In this document: in pieces, positions 28,949 through 39,870 of the stretch
Layout of the letters: every line of letters begins with the position of its first letter
Position numbering within the stretch: position 1 is the first letter of the stretch
Origin: an uncultured Actinomycetota bacterium
Lineage (GTDB): Bacteria; Actinomycetota; Actinomycetes; JACCUZ01
Assembly: GCA_963728425.1 (NCBI GenBank)
Contig: CAVSKC010000014.1
Coordinates: 167,389-231,388, forward strand
Reading direction: 5' to 3'
Length of the DNA: 64,000 nt
The notes under the pieces: model-generated
What the model was told of the DNA's origin: nothing
The model's database searches: none
The model's input: only the letters and a program-made list of their open reading frames with translations
Translations under genes and position numbers: made by a program

Positions 28949-29749
28949 TCAGCTTCCCTTCATCAGGTCACGCAGCCGGCCGGCCTGGGCTGCCCGCTCG
29001 GCGGCCCGCTGCTCGTCGTACGTCCGTCTGCTCGCTCCGCGCAGCAACGCCTTGGTCGCGCGCACCGCGCCGGCCGGGGACGCCAGCAGCGCCGCGGCCA
29101 GGTCTCGGGTGGCCGCCTCGAGCTCCTCGACCGGTACGACGATGGTGGCCAGGCCTGTCGCCGCCGCCTCGGCCGCGCCCACCCAGCGCCCGGTGGCGCA
29201 GATCTCGAGGGCGCGGGAGTAGCCGACCAGGTCGACCAGTGGCTGGGTGCCGCCGAGGTCGGGGACCAGCCCGAGGGACGGCTCCTTCATCGACAGCTGC
29301 GCGTCGTCCGCGAGCACCCGCAGGTCGCAGGCCAGCGCCAGCTGGAAGCCGGCGCCCACCGCGTGGCCCTGCACCGCCGCGATGCTGACGATCCGGTCGT
29401 CGCGCCACCAGGCGAAAGCCTGCTGGAAGCCGTCGATCACCGCGTCCAGAGCCGCATCGTCCAGGGCGGCCAGCCCGACCAGGCCGGGCTCGCCGTCGAC
29501 CCCGGTGGTGAACATCGCCCGGTCCATGCCGGCCGAGAACGACGCACCCTCGGCGCGCAGGACGACGACCCGGACGGCGTCGTCGGCGAGCAGGGCTTCA
29601 CCGACCGCGATCAGGGCACGCCAGGTCGCCGGGGTCTGGGCGTTGCGCTTCTCGGGGCGCGCGAGGGTGACCGTCGCCAGGGCGCCGTCGCGCTCCAGCC
29701 GGACGCCGGCGCTGGTCCAGGTCTCGGGCGACCCTGGCGCGGTGGTCAG
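28949..29749 (-). CDS. enoyl-CoA hydratase/isomerase (crotonase family)
   Basis: The C-terminal ~265 aa of ORF 28949..30094 has VTLARPEKRNA, SFSAGMD and AAVQGHAVGAGFQLALACDLRV. There is no canonical start near the N-terminus; the only candidate is a CTG overlapping the upstream stop (CTGA). Confidence 0.85.
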   Translation of the reverse strand: MTTAPGSPETWTSAGVRLERDGALATVTLARPEKRNAQTPATWRALIAVGEALLADDAVRVVVLRAEGASFSAGMDRAMFTTGVDGEPGLVGLAALDDAALDAVIDGFQQAFAWWRDDRIVSIAAVQGHAVGAGFQLALACDLRVLADDAQLSMKEPSLGLVPDLGGTQPLVDLVGYSRALEICATGRWVGAAEAAATGLATIVVPVEELEAATRDLAAALLASPAGAVRATKALLRGASRRTYDEQRAAERAAQAGRLRDLMKGS

Positions 29750-29955
29750 GACTTCTTGCCGCGGGTCGCGCCGCCGCGACCGCGCAACGTGACGCCCGAC
29801 TCGGCCAGGATCCGGTGCACGAAACCGTACGACCGCCCCGTCTCGGAGGCGAGCTCGCGGATGCTCGACCCCGACGTGTACTTGCGCTTGAGGTCCGCCG
29901 CCAGCTTGCTGCGGTCGCCTCCGGTGATCCGCGCGCCCTTCTTGAGCTCGGCCAC
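29746..29955 (-). CDS. small helix-turn-helix DNA-binding protein
   Basis: 69-aa GTG-start ORF with the HTH-like segment SIRELASETGRSYGFVHRILAESGV and a basic tail RGRGGATRGKKS. It lies immediately upstream of the hydratase and dehydrogenase genes. Confidence 0.7.
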   Translation of the reverse strand: MAELKKGARITGGDRSKLAADLKRKYTSGSSIRELASETGRSYGFVHRILAESGVTLRGRGGATRGKKS

Positions 29956-30051
29956 GCCAGCCTCCTGAAGTCGGTGTCCCGGGCCCCATGATCACCCTCC
30001 CCACCCAACAGCGCCAGACCCGATCTCGCCCCCCGCCCCGGCTGTCCGCAT

Positions 30052-30135
30052 TCGACCACGTATGGCAGGCAGGACGGTACTTGGCGAGGCGCATACACCT
30101 CGCAAAGTGCCGACACGCCTGCCATACGTGGTCGA
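30052..30135. repeat. perfect 19-bp inverted repeat (TCGACCACGTATGGCAGGC / GCCTGCCATACGTGGTCGA) with a 46-nt spacer
   Basis: Read directly: left arm 30052..30070, right arm 30117..30135. A nested 6-bp hairpin (GCGAGG/CCTCGC) sits in the spacer. It lies in the 277-nt gap between the ABC-F stop and the HTH gene start. Confidence 0.85.
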
Positions 30136-30232
30136 CGGCAGCACGCCGGCGGACGCCTCAGCACGCGTGCACACGTGCTGAAGTGTCCGCACACGTGCTT
30201 TACGTGGTCGACGCCCCGGCGCTGACGGGGAG

Positions 30233-31840
30233 TCAGGCGAGTGCGACGAGGTCGGCGTAGTCGTCGTTCCAGAGGTCCTCGACGCCGTCCGGGAGCAGGA
30301 TCAGCCGTTCGGGCGCCAGCGCCTCGACCGCGCCCTCGTCGTGGGTCACCAGCACGACGGCACCGGCGTAGCTGCGCAAGGCGCCGAGGATCTCCTCGCG
30401 GCTGGCCGGGTCGAGGTTGTTGGTCGGCTCGTCGAGCATCAGCACGTTCGCACTGGACACCACCAGGGTGGCCAGCGCCAGCCGGGTCTTCTCCCCGCCG
30501 GAGAGCACGGCCGCCGGCTTGTTCACGTCGTCGCCGGAGAACAGGAACGAGCCCAGCACCCGGCGTACCTCGACGTCGTCCAGGTCCGGCGCCGCACTGC
30601 GCATGTTCTGCAGCACGGTGCGCTCAGGGTCGAGAGTCTCGTGCTCCTGCGCGTAGTAGCCGATCTTGAGCCCGTGGCCGGGCAGCACCTCGCCGGTGTC
30701 GGGCTCCTCGACGCCGGCCAGCAGCCGCATCAGGGTGGTCTTGCCCGCGCCGTTGAGGCCCAGGATGACCACCCGGCTCCCCCGGTCGATGGCCAGGTCG
30801 ACGTCGGTGAAGACCTCGAGCGAGCCGTACGACTTCGACAGCCCCTCGGCGGTCAGCGGCGTCTTTCCGCACGGCGCCGGCTCGGGGAAGCGCAGCTTCG
30901 CGACCCGGTCGGTGCGGCGCACCTCGTCCAGACCGGACAGCAACTTGGCGGCGCGCTTGTCCATGCTCTGCGCCGCGCGGGCCTTGGTCGCCTTGTAGCG
31001 CATCCGGTCGGCCTGGGCCTTGAGCACCGAGGCCTGCTTCTCGACGTTGGCCCGCTCCCGCTTGCGCCGGCGCTCGTCCGTCTCCCGCTGCAGGAGGTAC
31101 GCCTTCCAGCCCACGTTGTAGATGTCCAGCTCGGCCCGGTTGGCGTCGAGGTGGAACACCCGGGTCACCGAGTGCTCGAGCAGGCCGACGTCGTGGCTGA
31201 TGACCACCAGCCCGCCCTTGTACGAGCCCAGGTAGTCGCGCAGCCACAGGATCGAGTCCGCGTCCAGGTGGTTGGTCGGCTCGTCCAGCAGCAGGGTGGC
31301 GTCGCTGCCGGTCGAGGCGAACAGGATCCGGGACAGCTCCACCCGGCGGCGCTGGCCGCCGGACAGGGTGCGCAGCGGCTGTTCCAGCACCCGGTCGGGC
31401 AGGCCCAGGCTGGACGCGAACGACGCGGCCTCGCTCTCCGCCGCGTAACCGCCCGCGGCCTGGAACTCGGCCTCCAGCCGCGGGTAGCGGCGCATCGCCT
31501 TGTCATGCGTCTCGGCGTCGGCACTGGCCATCTCCCCCTCGGTGGCCCGCATCCGGCGTACGACGGTGTCCAGACCGCGTGCGGAGAGGATCCGGTCCCG
31601 GGCGAGCACCTCGAGGTCACCGGTGCGCGGGTCCTGCGGCAGGTAGCCGACGCTGCCGGACCGGGTGACCGCTCCGGCGGCCGGCTGGCTCTCGCCCGAC
31701 AGCACCCGGGTCAGCGTGGTCTTGCCGGCGCCGTTTCGCCCGACCAGTCCCACCCGGTCGCCTGGTGCGATCCGGAACGTCGCGTCCCCGAGCAGCAGCC
31801 TGGAGCTGACCCGCAGCTCCAGGCCGGTCGCGGTGATCAT
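30233..31840 (-). CDS. ABC-F family ATPase (two ABC domains, no TM domain; EttA/Uup-like)
   Basis: The internal ATG (MITATGLELRV) of ORF 30233..32779 gives 535 aa with two Walker A sites (GRNGAGKTT, GLNGAGKTT), two signatures (LSGGQRRR, LSGGEKTR) and a charged linker. Confidence 0.9.
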   Translation of the reverse strand: MITATGLELRVSSRLLLGDATFRIAPGDRVGLVGRNGAGKTTLTRVLSGESQPAAGAVTRSGSVGYLPQDPRTGDLEVLARDRILSARGLDTVVRRMRATEGEMASADAETHDKAMRRYPRLEAEFQAAGGYAAESEAASFASSLGLPDRVLEQPLRTLSGGQRRRVELSRILFASTGSDATLLLDEPTNHLDADSILWLRDYLGSYKGGLVVISHDVGLLEHSVTRVFHLDANRAELDIYNVGWKAYLLQRETDERRRKRERANVEKQASVLKAQADRMRYKATKARAAQSMDKRAAKLLSGLDEVRRTDRVAKLRFPEPAPCGKTPLTAEGLSKSYGSLEVFTDVDLAIDRGSRVVILGLNGAGKTTLMRLLAGVEEPDTGEVLPGHGLKIGYYAQEHETLDPERTVLQNMRSAAPDLDDVEVRRVLGSFLFSGDDVNKPAAVLSGGEKTRLALATLVVSSANVLMLDEPTNNLDPASREEILGALRSYAGAVVLVTHDEGAVEALAPERLILLPDGVEDLWNDDYADLVALA

Positions 31841-31960
31841 GGGAAGTCCTTCGGCGTCGCAGGTGCGGGTGGGCCCTAGCGCGAGTGGGTACAGCGAGGT
31901 GAGCTCACGGGCACGGCGCGGACATACGCCGTAGTCTACGCGGGCGCTGAACGAGGGAAG

Positions 31961-32866
31961 GTGCCCGCGGTGGGGATCAAGTTCGACGACCAGTCGGTGG
32001 ACACGTCCGGCGTATCCGACCAGCGCGGCCGCGGGATCGGCGGGCCGGCGGCCATCGGTGGCGGGGGGATCGGCGTCGTCGGCCTGATCATCTACCTGCT
32101 CATCAACGTGCTCGGCGGCGGCAGCGGTGTCGACACCACCCAGCTGGTCCCCCAGGACGGCACCGTGCAGGGGCAGGGCACCGGCGAGGGCGACCTGGAG
32201 ACCCGCTGCAACACCCAGGGAGCCATCGACAAGTACGACGACTGCTTCCTGGTCAAGGTCTACAACGAGATCAACGAGGTGTGGACCGACGAGTTCGCGC
32301 GCGCGGGCGAGAAGTACGAGCAGCCCGGGCTGACCTTCTTCACCCAGGCCGTGAGCACCGGCTGCGGCCAGGCGTCGTCGCAGGTGGGGCCGTTCTACTG
32401 CCCGCCGGACCAGATGATCTACATCGACATCGGCTTCCTGCAGCAGCTGCAGCAGCAGTTCGGTGCCCAGGGCCGCTACGCGCAGGCCTACATCCTGGCG
32501 CACGAGGCCGGTCACCACCTGCAGACGCTGTTCGGCACCGAGCGCAAGGTCCGGGCTGCTCAGCAGTCCCAGCCGAGCAAGCAGAACGAGCTCTCGGTGG
32601 CGATGGAGCTGCAGGCGGACTGCTACGCCGGCGTGTGGAGCAAGCTCGCCGACGACGCGGGGAACGTGTCGATCGGGGACGCCGAGGTGCAGCAGGCCCA
32701 GGATGCGGCCGCCGCGGTGGGAGACGACCGGATCCAGCAGCAGACCCAGGGCCGGGTGGACAAGGAGTCCTGGACCCATGGGTCGGCTGCGCAGCGCAAG
32801 CAGTGGTTCAGCACCGGACGTACCACCGGCGACGTGAACGCCTGCGACACCTTCAAGGGCGTCTGA
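31961..32866 (+). CDS. YpfJ-family neutral zinc metallopeptidase (membrane anchored)
   Basis: 301-aa ORF with an N-terminal Gly-rich region and TM helix (GGIGVVGLIIYLLINVL), GPFYCPPD and the zinc motif LAHEAGHHLQ. Confidence 0.85.
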   Translation: MPAVGIKFDDQSVDTSGVSDQRGRGIGGPAAIGGGGIGVVGLIIYLLINVLGGGSGVDTTQLVPQDGTVQGQGTGEGDLETRCNTQGAIDKYDDCFLVKVYNEINEVWTDEFARAGEKYEQPGLTFFTQAVSTGCGQASSQVGPFYCPPDQMIYIDIGFLQQLQQQFGAQGRYAQAYILAHEAGHHLQTLFGTERKVRAAQQSQPSKQNELSVAMELQADCYAGVWSKLADDAGNVSIGDAEVQQAQDAAAAVGDDRIQQQTQGRVDKESWTHGSAAQRKQWFSTGRTTGDVNACDTFKGV

Positions 32867-32921
32867 CCGGACCCGTCGGCCGGGCCGAAGCCTCGCCCCG
32901 TGACCGGATAGTTGCCGGTTC

Positions 32922-33200
32922 GTGACGGTAGCGGCCTGTCGGCTGTCGCACCCAACCGCAAGAGTGGCGCTCGTGCGTCACTTCTCGCTGCTGCGCCCCC
33001 TCGGGCGGATCTGGCAGCTCCGGCGGGCCCGGCGCCAGCACATCGAGGTGATCGACGCGTCCTGGCACGTGGACACCGAGGCGATCTGCCCCGACTGCCT
33101 GCAGTGGATCGGCCCGGCCGACTTCGTCCGCCGTAACGCCTTCGACCTGCTCGAGCACGAGGTGTGCCCGCCCGCGGTCGTCCGGCAGCACCGCGGCTGA
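32922..33200 (+). CDS. hypothetical small protein (CxxC-containing)
   Basis: 92-aa ORF with strong GC3 bias and a CPDC motif. The start is uncertain and no family was recognised. Confidence 0.4.
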   Translation: MTVAACRLSHPTARVALVRHFSLLRPLGRIWQLRRARRQHIEVIDASWHVDTEAICPDCLQWIGPADFVRRNAFDLLEHEVCPPAVVRQHRG

Positions 33201-33222
33201 GCGGGCCGAGCGCTCGGCAGGC

Positions 33223-33576
33223 TCAGACGTTGAAGCCGAGGGCCCGCAGCTGCTCGCGGCCCTCGTCGGTGATCTTGTCCGGGCCCCACGGCGGCATCCA
33301 GACCCAGTTGATCTTGGTCTCCTTGACCAGACCCGACAGCGCCGAGTTGGTCTGGTCCTCGATGACGTCGGTCAGCGGGCAGGCCGCCGAGGTGAGGGTC
33401 ATGTCCAGGGTGCACGCGTTGTCGTCGTCGACGTGGATGCCGTAGACGAGCCCGAGGTCGACCACGTTGATGCCGAGCTCGGGGTCGACCACGTCGCGCA
33501 TGGCCTCCTCGACGTCGTCGACCTTCGCGATGCCCCCGGGGGTGCCCGCGTCGGCCTGGGTCACGGTCTCGCTCAT
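33223..33576 (-). CDS. sufT: SufT/DUF59 Fe-S cluster assembly protein
   Basis: 117-aa ORF with VVDPELGINVVDLGLVY, TLTSAACP and WGPDKI; it is the last gene of the suf operon. Confidence 0.85.
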   Translation of the reverse strand: MSETVTQADAGTPGGIAKVDDVEEAMRDVVDPELGINVVDLGLVYGIHVDDDNACTLDMTLTSAACPLTDVIEDQTNSALSGLVKETKINWVWMPPWGPDKITDEGREQLRALGFNV

Positions 33577-34065
33577 GCGGTCTCCTCGATCGTCTGCACG
33601 TCGTCATCAGCAACCGCCTGCGCGGTCGCATCCTTCCAAGCCATCCAGCCCAGCAGCGCGCACTTGATCCGCGCGGGGTACTTCGACACGCCCGCGAATG
33701 CCACGGCGTCCTCGAGCACGTCCTCCTGCTCGGCGACCACCGCGTCGGTGTCGCCCTTGGTGCGCATCAGGGTGAGAAACGCGTCGTACGCCTTGGTCGC
33801 CTCGCCCAGCTCCTTGCCGACCACGAGGTCGGTCATCACCGACACCGAGGCCTGCGAGATCGAGCAGCCCAGCGAGTCGTAGGACACGTCCGAGACGACG
33901 GACTGCTCGTCCCAGTCCTTCGATCTTCACCCGCAGGGTCACCTCGTCGCCGCAGGTCGGGTTGACGTGGTGCACCTCGACGTCGAACGGCTCCCGCAGG
34001 CCCTTGTGGTGGGGCGTGCGGTAGTGGTCCAGGATGATCTCCTGGTACATCGACTCGAGCTTCAC
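33573..34065 (-). pseudogene. sufU: SufU (IscU-like) sulfur-transfer scaffold; one frame break
   Basis: The N-terminal VKLESMYQEIILDHYRTPHHKG..NPTCGDEVTLRV is in the frame of ORF 33607..34797. The C-terminal SYDSLGCSISQAS..ARIKCALLGW is in ORF 33573..33887. The frame switches near ~33915. The GTG start overlaps the sufS stop. Confidence 0.85.
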
Positions 34066-35363
34066 CGGACACCTCCCGGTCGGCCGAAGAAGCGCTTGAC
34101 GTGCTCCAGGCCGTCGACCAGCGCGTCGACCTCGGCGGTGGTCGAGTAGAGGTAGAACGACGCGCGGGTGGTCGCCGGGACGCCGTAGCGCAGGCACACC
34201 GGCCGGGCGCAGTGGTGCCCGACGCGCACCGCGATGCCGAGCTCGTCGAGCACCTGGCCCACGTCGTGCGGGTGCAGGTCGCCGAGAGCGAAGGAGATGG
34301 CGGCACCGCGCGGCCTCGGGCGTCGCGGGGCCGATGATGCGCAGCCCCTCGACCTGCTGCAGGCGGTCCAGCGCGTACGCCGTGATGTGGCGCTCGTGCG
34401 CGTGCACCGCGTCCATGCCGATCCCGGTCAGGTAGTCGACCGCCGCGCCGAGGCCGACGGCCTGGGCGATCGGCGGCGTGCCCGCCTCGAACTTGTGCGG
34501 CAGCCCGGCGAAGGTCGAGGACGCCATCGTGACCGTCTCGATCATCTCGCCGCCGCCGAGGAACGGCGGCAGCGCCTCGAGCAGCTCCTGGCGGCCCCAC
34601 AGCACACCGATGCCGGTCGGGCCGCACATCTTGTGGCCGGTGAAGGCGACGAAGTCGGCGCCGAGCGCCTGCACGTCCAGCGGCATGTGCGGCGCGGCCT
34701 GCGAGGCGTCGACCACGACCAGCGCACCGACCTCGTGGGCGCGGCGGACCAGCTCCTCGAGCGGGTTGACCGTGCCCAGGATGTTGGACACCAGCACGAA
34801 CGAGACGACCTTGGTGCGCTCGGTGATGACGCTCGTCGATGTCGGACAGGTCCAGCCGGCCCTCGTCGGTCAGGCCGAACCAGCGCAAGCGTCGCGCCGG
34901 TGCGAGCGGTGACGAGCTGCCACGGCACGATGTTGGAGTGGTGCTCCATCTCGGTGATGACGATCTCGTCGCCCGGGCCGAGGCCCCGTCCCGGCGAGCC
35001 CCGGTCGGCCCACGCGATGACGTTCGCGGCCAGGTTGAGCGCCTCGGTGGAGTTCTTGGTGAAGACCACCTCGTCCCGGTCGGCGGCGTTGACGAAGGCG
35101 GCCACCTTGTCCCGCGCGCCCTCGTACAGCGCCGTGGCCTCCTCGGCGAGCACGTGGATGCCGCGGTGCACGTTGGCGTTGTGCCGCTTGTAGTAGTCGT
35201 CGAGGGCGTCGAGGACCTGACGCGGCTTCTGCGAGGTCGCCGCGTTGTCCAGGTAGACCAGCGGCTTGTCGCCGTGGACGAGCCGCTCCAGGGCCGGGAA
35301 GTCCTTGCGGACCTTCTCGACGTCCAGGGCGGGGGCGCCCACCGGAGCGGTTACCGAGCTCAT
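34062..35363 (-). pseudogene. sufS: cysteine desulfurase SufS (class V aminotransferase); three frame breaks
   Basis: The protein is spelled across ORFs 34542..35363 (LDNAATSQKP, HHSNIVPW), 33836..34888, 33607..34797 (FTGHKMCGPTGIG) and 34062..34262 (RVGHHCARP). Frame switches lie near ~34888, 34835 and 34310. Confidence 0.9.
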
Positions 35364-36138
35364 GCCTGTGCAACCACCTTGGGAAGGAACTTCTCGTAGC
35401 CCTCGGCCTCGAGGGTGTCGGCCAGCTCCGGGCCGCCCTCCTCGACGATCCGGCCGCCGACGAAGACGTGCACGAAGTCCGGCTGGATGTAGCGCAGGAT
35501 CCGGGTGTAGTGCGTGATCAGCAGTACGCCGGTCTCGCCGCCGGCCCGGACCCGGTTGACGCCCTCGGAGACGACCTTGAGCGCGTCGATGTCCAGGCCG
35601 GAGTCGGTCTCGTCGAGGATCGCGATCTTCGGCTGGAGCAGCTCGAGCTGCAGGATCTCGTGGCGCTTCTTCTCGCCGCCGGAGAAGCCCTCGTTGACGC
35701 TGCGCTCGGCGAAGGACGGGTCGATCGACAGGCGCGCCATGGCCTCGCTCACCTCCTTGACCCAGGTGCGCAGCTTGGGCGCCTCGCCGTCGATCGCGGT
35801 CTTGGCGCTGCGCAGGAAGTTGGACACCGAGACGCCGGGCACCTCGACCGGGTACTGCATCGCGAGGAAGAGCCCGGCCCGGGCGCGCTCGTCGACGGTC
35901 ATCGCCAGCACGTCGTCGCCGTCGAGGGTCACGGTGCCGCCGGTGACGGTGTACTTGGGGTGGCCGGCGATCGAGTAGGCAAGGGTCGACTTGCCGGAGC
36001 CGTTCGGGCCCATGATCGCGTGCGTCTCGCCGGCCTTCACCGTCAGGTCGACGCCGCGCAGGATCTCGCGGGTCGGCTCTGCGCCCTCGCTGCCGGTGTC
36101 GACCGTGACGTGCAGGTCGCGGATCTCAAGGGTGCCAT
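35360..36138 (-). CDS. sufC: Fe-S cluster assembly ATPase SufC; start codon out of register by one nucleotide
   Basis: The C-terminal ~255 aa of ORF 35360..36478 has TLEIRDLHV, Walker A GPNGSGKST, FSGGEKKR and ILDETDSGLD. The ATG at 36136..36138 is 1 nt out of frame; restoring one base after it gives MSTLEIRDLHV. Confidence 0.9.
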
Positions 36139-36478
36139 CGTGCGGCTCAGCTCTCCTTGGCGTGACGTTGACGAGGATGTCGTCGCCGTCGATCTTCACG
36201 GGGTACACGGGTACGGGCTGGGTGGCGGGCAGGCCGGTCGGCTCGCCGGTGCCCAGGTCGAAGCGCGAGCCGTGCAGCCAGCACTCGAGCGTCTGGCCCT
36301 CGATCTCGCCCTCGGACAGCGCCACGTTGGCGTGCGAGCAGACGTCGTGGATCGCGAAGACGTCTCCGTCGCTGCGGACCACCGCCACCGGCACGCCGTC
36401 GAGGACGACCCGGACGGCGGTGCCGTCGGCGACGTCCGCGACCGCGCAGGCCCGGGTGTACTGGTCGAGGTCGGGCAC
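36126..36478 (-). CDS. Rieske-type [2Fe-2S] ferredoxin of the suf operon (currently fused in frame to sufC)
   Basis: The N-terminal ~105 aa of ORF 35360..36478 has Rieske motifs CSHANVALS and CWLHGSRF. A natural TGA at 36126..36128 comes into frame if one base is restored near 36135. Confidence 0.8.
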
Positions 36479-36480
36479 GG

Positions 36481-37691
36481 TCAGTGCACCGCCGCTTCCA
36501 GCTCAGCCTCGACCCGGGCGATCAGGCGGTCCTGGACGTCCGGGATGCCGATCTGGTTGATCACGTCGGCGAAGAAGCCGCGGACCACCAGGCGGCGGGC
36601 CTCGTCGGCCGGGATGCCGCGGGACTGCAGGTAGAACAGCGCCTCGTCGTCGAACCGGCCGGTGGCGCTGGCGTGGCCGGCGCCGACGATCTCGCCGGTC
36701 TCGATCTCGAGGTTGGGCACCGAGTCGGCGCGCGCGCCGTCGGTGAGCACCAGGTTGCGGTTGAGCTCGTAGGTGTCGGTGCCCTCGGCCTCGGCCCGGA
36801 TCAGCACGTCGCCGATCCAGACCGTGTGCGCGTCCTCGCCCTGCAGCGCGCCCTTGTAGGCGACGCTGCGAGCGGCAGTGCGGCACGGCGTGGTCGACGA
36901 ACAGGCGGTGCTCGAGGTGCTGGCCGGCGTCGGCGAAGTAGACAGCCGAGCATCTCGATGTCTCCCCCGGTCCCGGCGAACCGCGCCTCGGTCGCGACCC
37001 GGACCAGGTCGCCGCCGAAGGACACGACGATGCTCTTGAACCGCGCGTCCCGCCCGACCGTGACCGAGTGCTGGGCCGGCGTGCACGGCGTCGTCGTCCC
37101 AGTCGTCGATGACCACGACGGTGAGCTTGGCGCCGTCGCCGACCAGGAACTCGACGTTGTCGGCGAAGGTCGCGCTGCCGACGTGGTCGAGCACGACGAG
37201 CGCCTCGCCGAACGGCTGCACGTCGACCAGCAGGTGGCCGAAGGCCGGCCCCTTGTCGACGCCGTCGCCGCGCAGCGTGACGACCGTGGGTGCGCTCGCG
37301 ACGGTGTCCCGGGGGACCGTCAGGACGGTGGCCTTCTCGAACGACGACCAGGCGCGGGCCGCCACCCGGTCGGCCGGCATGCCGGCCTGGCCGAGGCGGG
37401 CGTCGCCGCGGGCCAGGGTCTGCACCTCGACCTCGGGCGCCGGGTCGACCTGGACGGAGACTGCGCTGTTTTCGACGCCAGCGTCCCCGTCGTCCTCGTG
37501 CAGGTGCCGCAGGCGGTGCAGCGGGGTGAACCGCCAGTCCTCCTCGCGGCCGGTGGGCACGTCGAAGTCGGACAGCTCGAACGAGCGGTGCCGCTCGCCC
37601 CGGCTGTCGCCGGGGACGGGCACCGCGCCGTGCGAGTGCGGCTTGCCGCTGAACCCGCCGGTCTCCGGACTGAGGATCTCGGACGCGACCG

Positions 37692-37695
<4 letters not shown>
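36481..37695 (-). pseudogene. sufD: Fe-S cluster assembly protein SufD; three frame breaks with net zero shift
   Basis: ORF 36481..37695 is open, but its middle ~75 aa is Arg/Pro-rich nonsense. The true SufD text (QHSVTVGRDARFKSIVVSFGGDLVRVATEARFAGTGGDIEMLG, YFADAGQHLEHRLFVDHAVPHCRS) lies in the frames of ORFs 36801..37025 and 36503..36886. Frame switches lie near ~37078, 36948 and 36868. Confidence 0.85.
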
Positions 37696-39109
<1,414 letters not shown>

Positions 39110-39113
<4 letters not shown>

Positions 39114-39808
39114 TGAGCGCTCCTCCGGTTGTCGGCGCCCGGGTCGTCCTGGTCATGCCGGACGGTCGGGACGTGGGTCGTGCAGACGCCATCGCCGTGG
39201 GCGATGGTGGCCAGTCGTTGGACATGCGTGCCGAGCAGGCGGGCGAAGACCTCGGTCTCGGCCTCGCACAGCTCGGGGAACTGCACCGCGACGTGCGCGA
39301 CGGGGCAGTGGTGCTGGCACAGCTGCTCCCCCGCAGCCGGGCCGCTCCCGGCCGGGCGCGTCGTGGCAGCGTAGCCGTCGCCCGACAGGGCGGCCGCGAG
39401 CGCCTCGGTGCGTTGCCCGGGGGCAGCCGCCTCGACGACCGGGCGGTAGCGGGCCTCGAGCTCGCCGACCCGCTGGCGGGCGAAGTCCGCCACCGCTTCC
39501 CGGCCGCCGGTCTCGGACAGGAAGCGCAACGCGCTGGCCGCCAGGTCGTCGTACTCCTGGTCGAAGGAGTCACGACCGGCGTCGGTGACTGCGAACAGGC
39601 GGGCCGGCCGGCCGCGGCCACGGACTGCGCTGGCGCGCGGCGCGCGCTCCTCGATCAGCCCGTCGGCGAGCAGCGCGTCCAGGTGACGACGGACCGCGGC
39701 GGGGGTGAGGCCGAGGTTCTCGGCCAGCAGGGCCGCGGTGGTCGGGCCGTTCTCCATGACGGTGCGCGCGACGCGGTCGCGCGTCCTATCGTCCAGGCCG
39801 GTTTTCAC
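39110..39808 (-). CDS. sufR: SufR-type transcriptional regulator (winged HTH with C-terminal Cys cluster)
   Basis: 232-aa GTG-start ORF with the N-terminal w[26 protein letters not shown] and C-terminal cysteines CQHHCPV..C..C. It is the first gene of the suf operon. Confidence 0.8.
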
Positions 39809-39870
39809 AACACCAGTGTGCCGTTATTACCCGCGCATCGCAAACACGGGGTCCTCCCTAGACTCGGCGG
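39809..39870. promoter_or_regulatory. divergent promoter/operator region between sufR and the ABC-2 exporter
   Basis: This 62-nt gap contains an AT-richer stretch (minus strand GGTAATAACGG, a -10-like TAATAA about 15 nt before the sufR GTG) and the short palindrome ACAC-CA-GTGT. The operator assignment is inference only. Confidence 0.35.
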
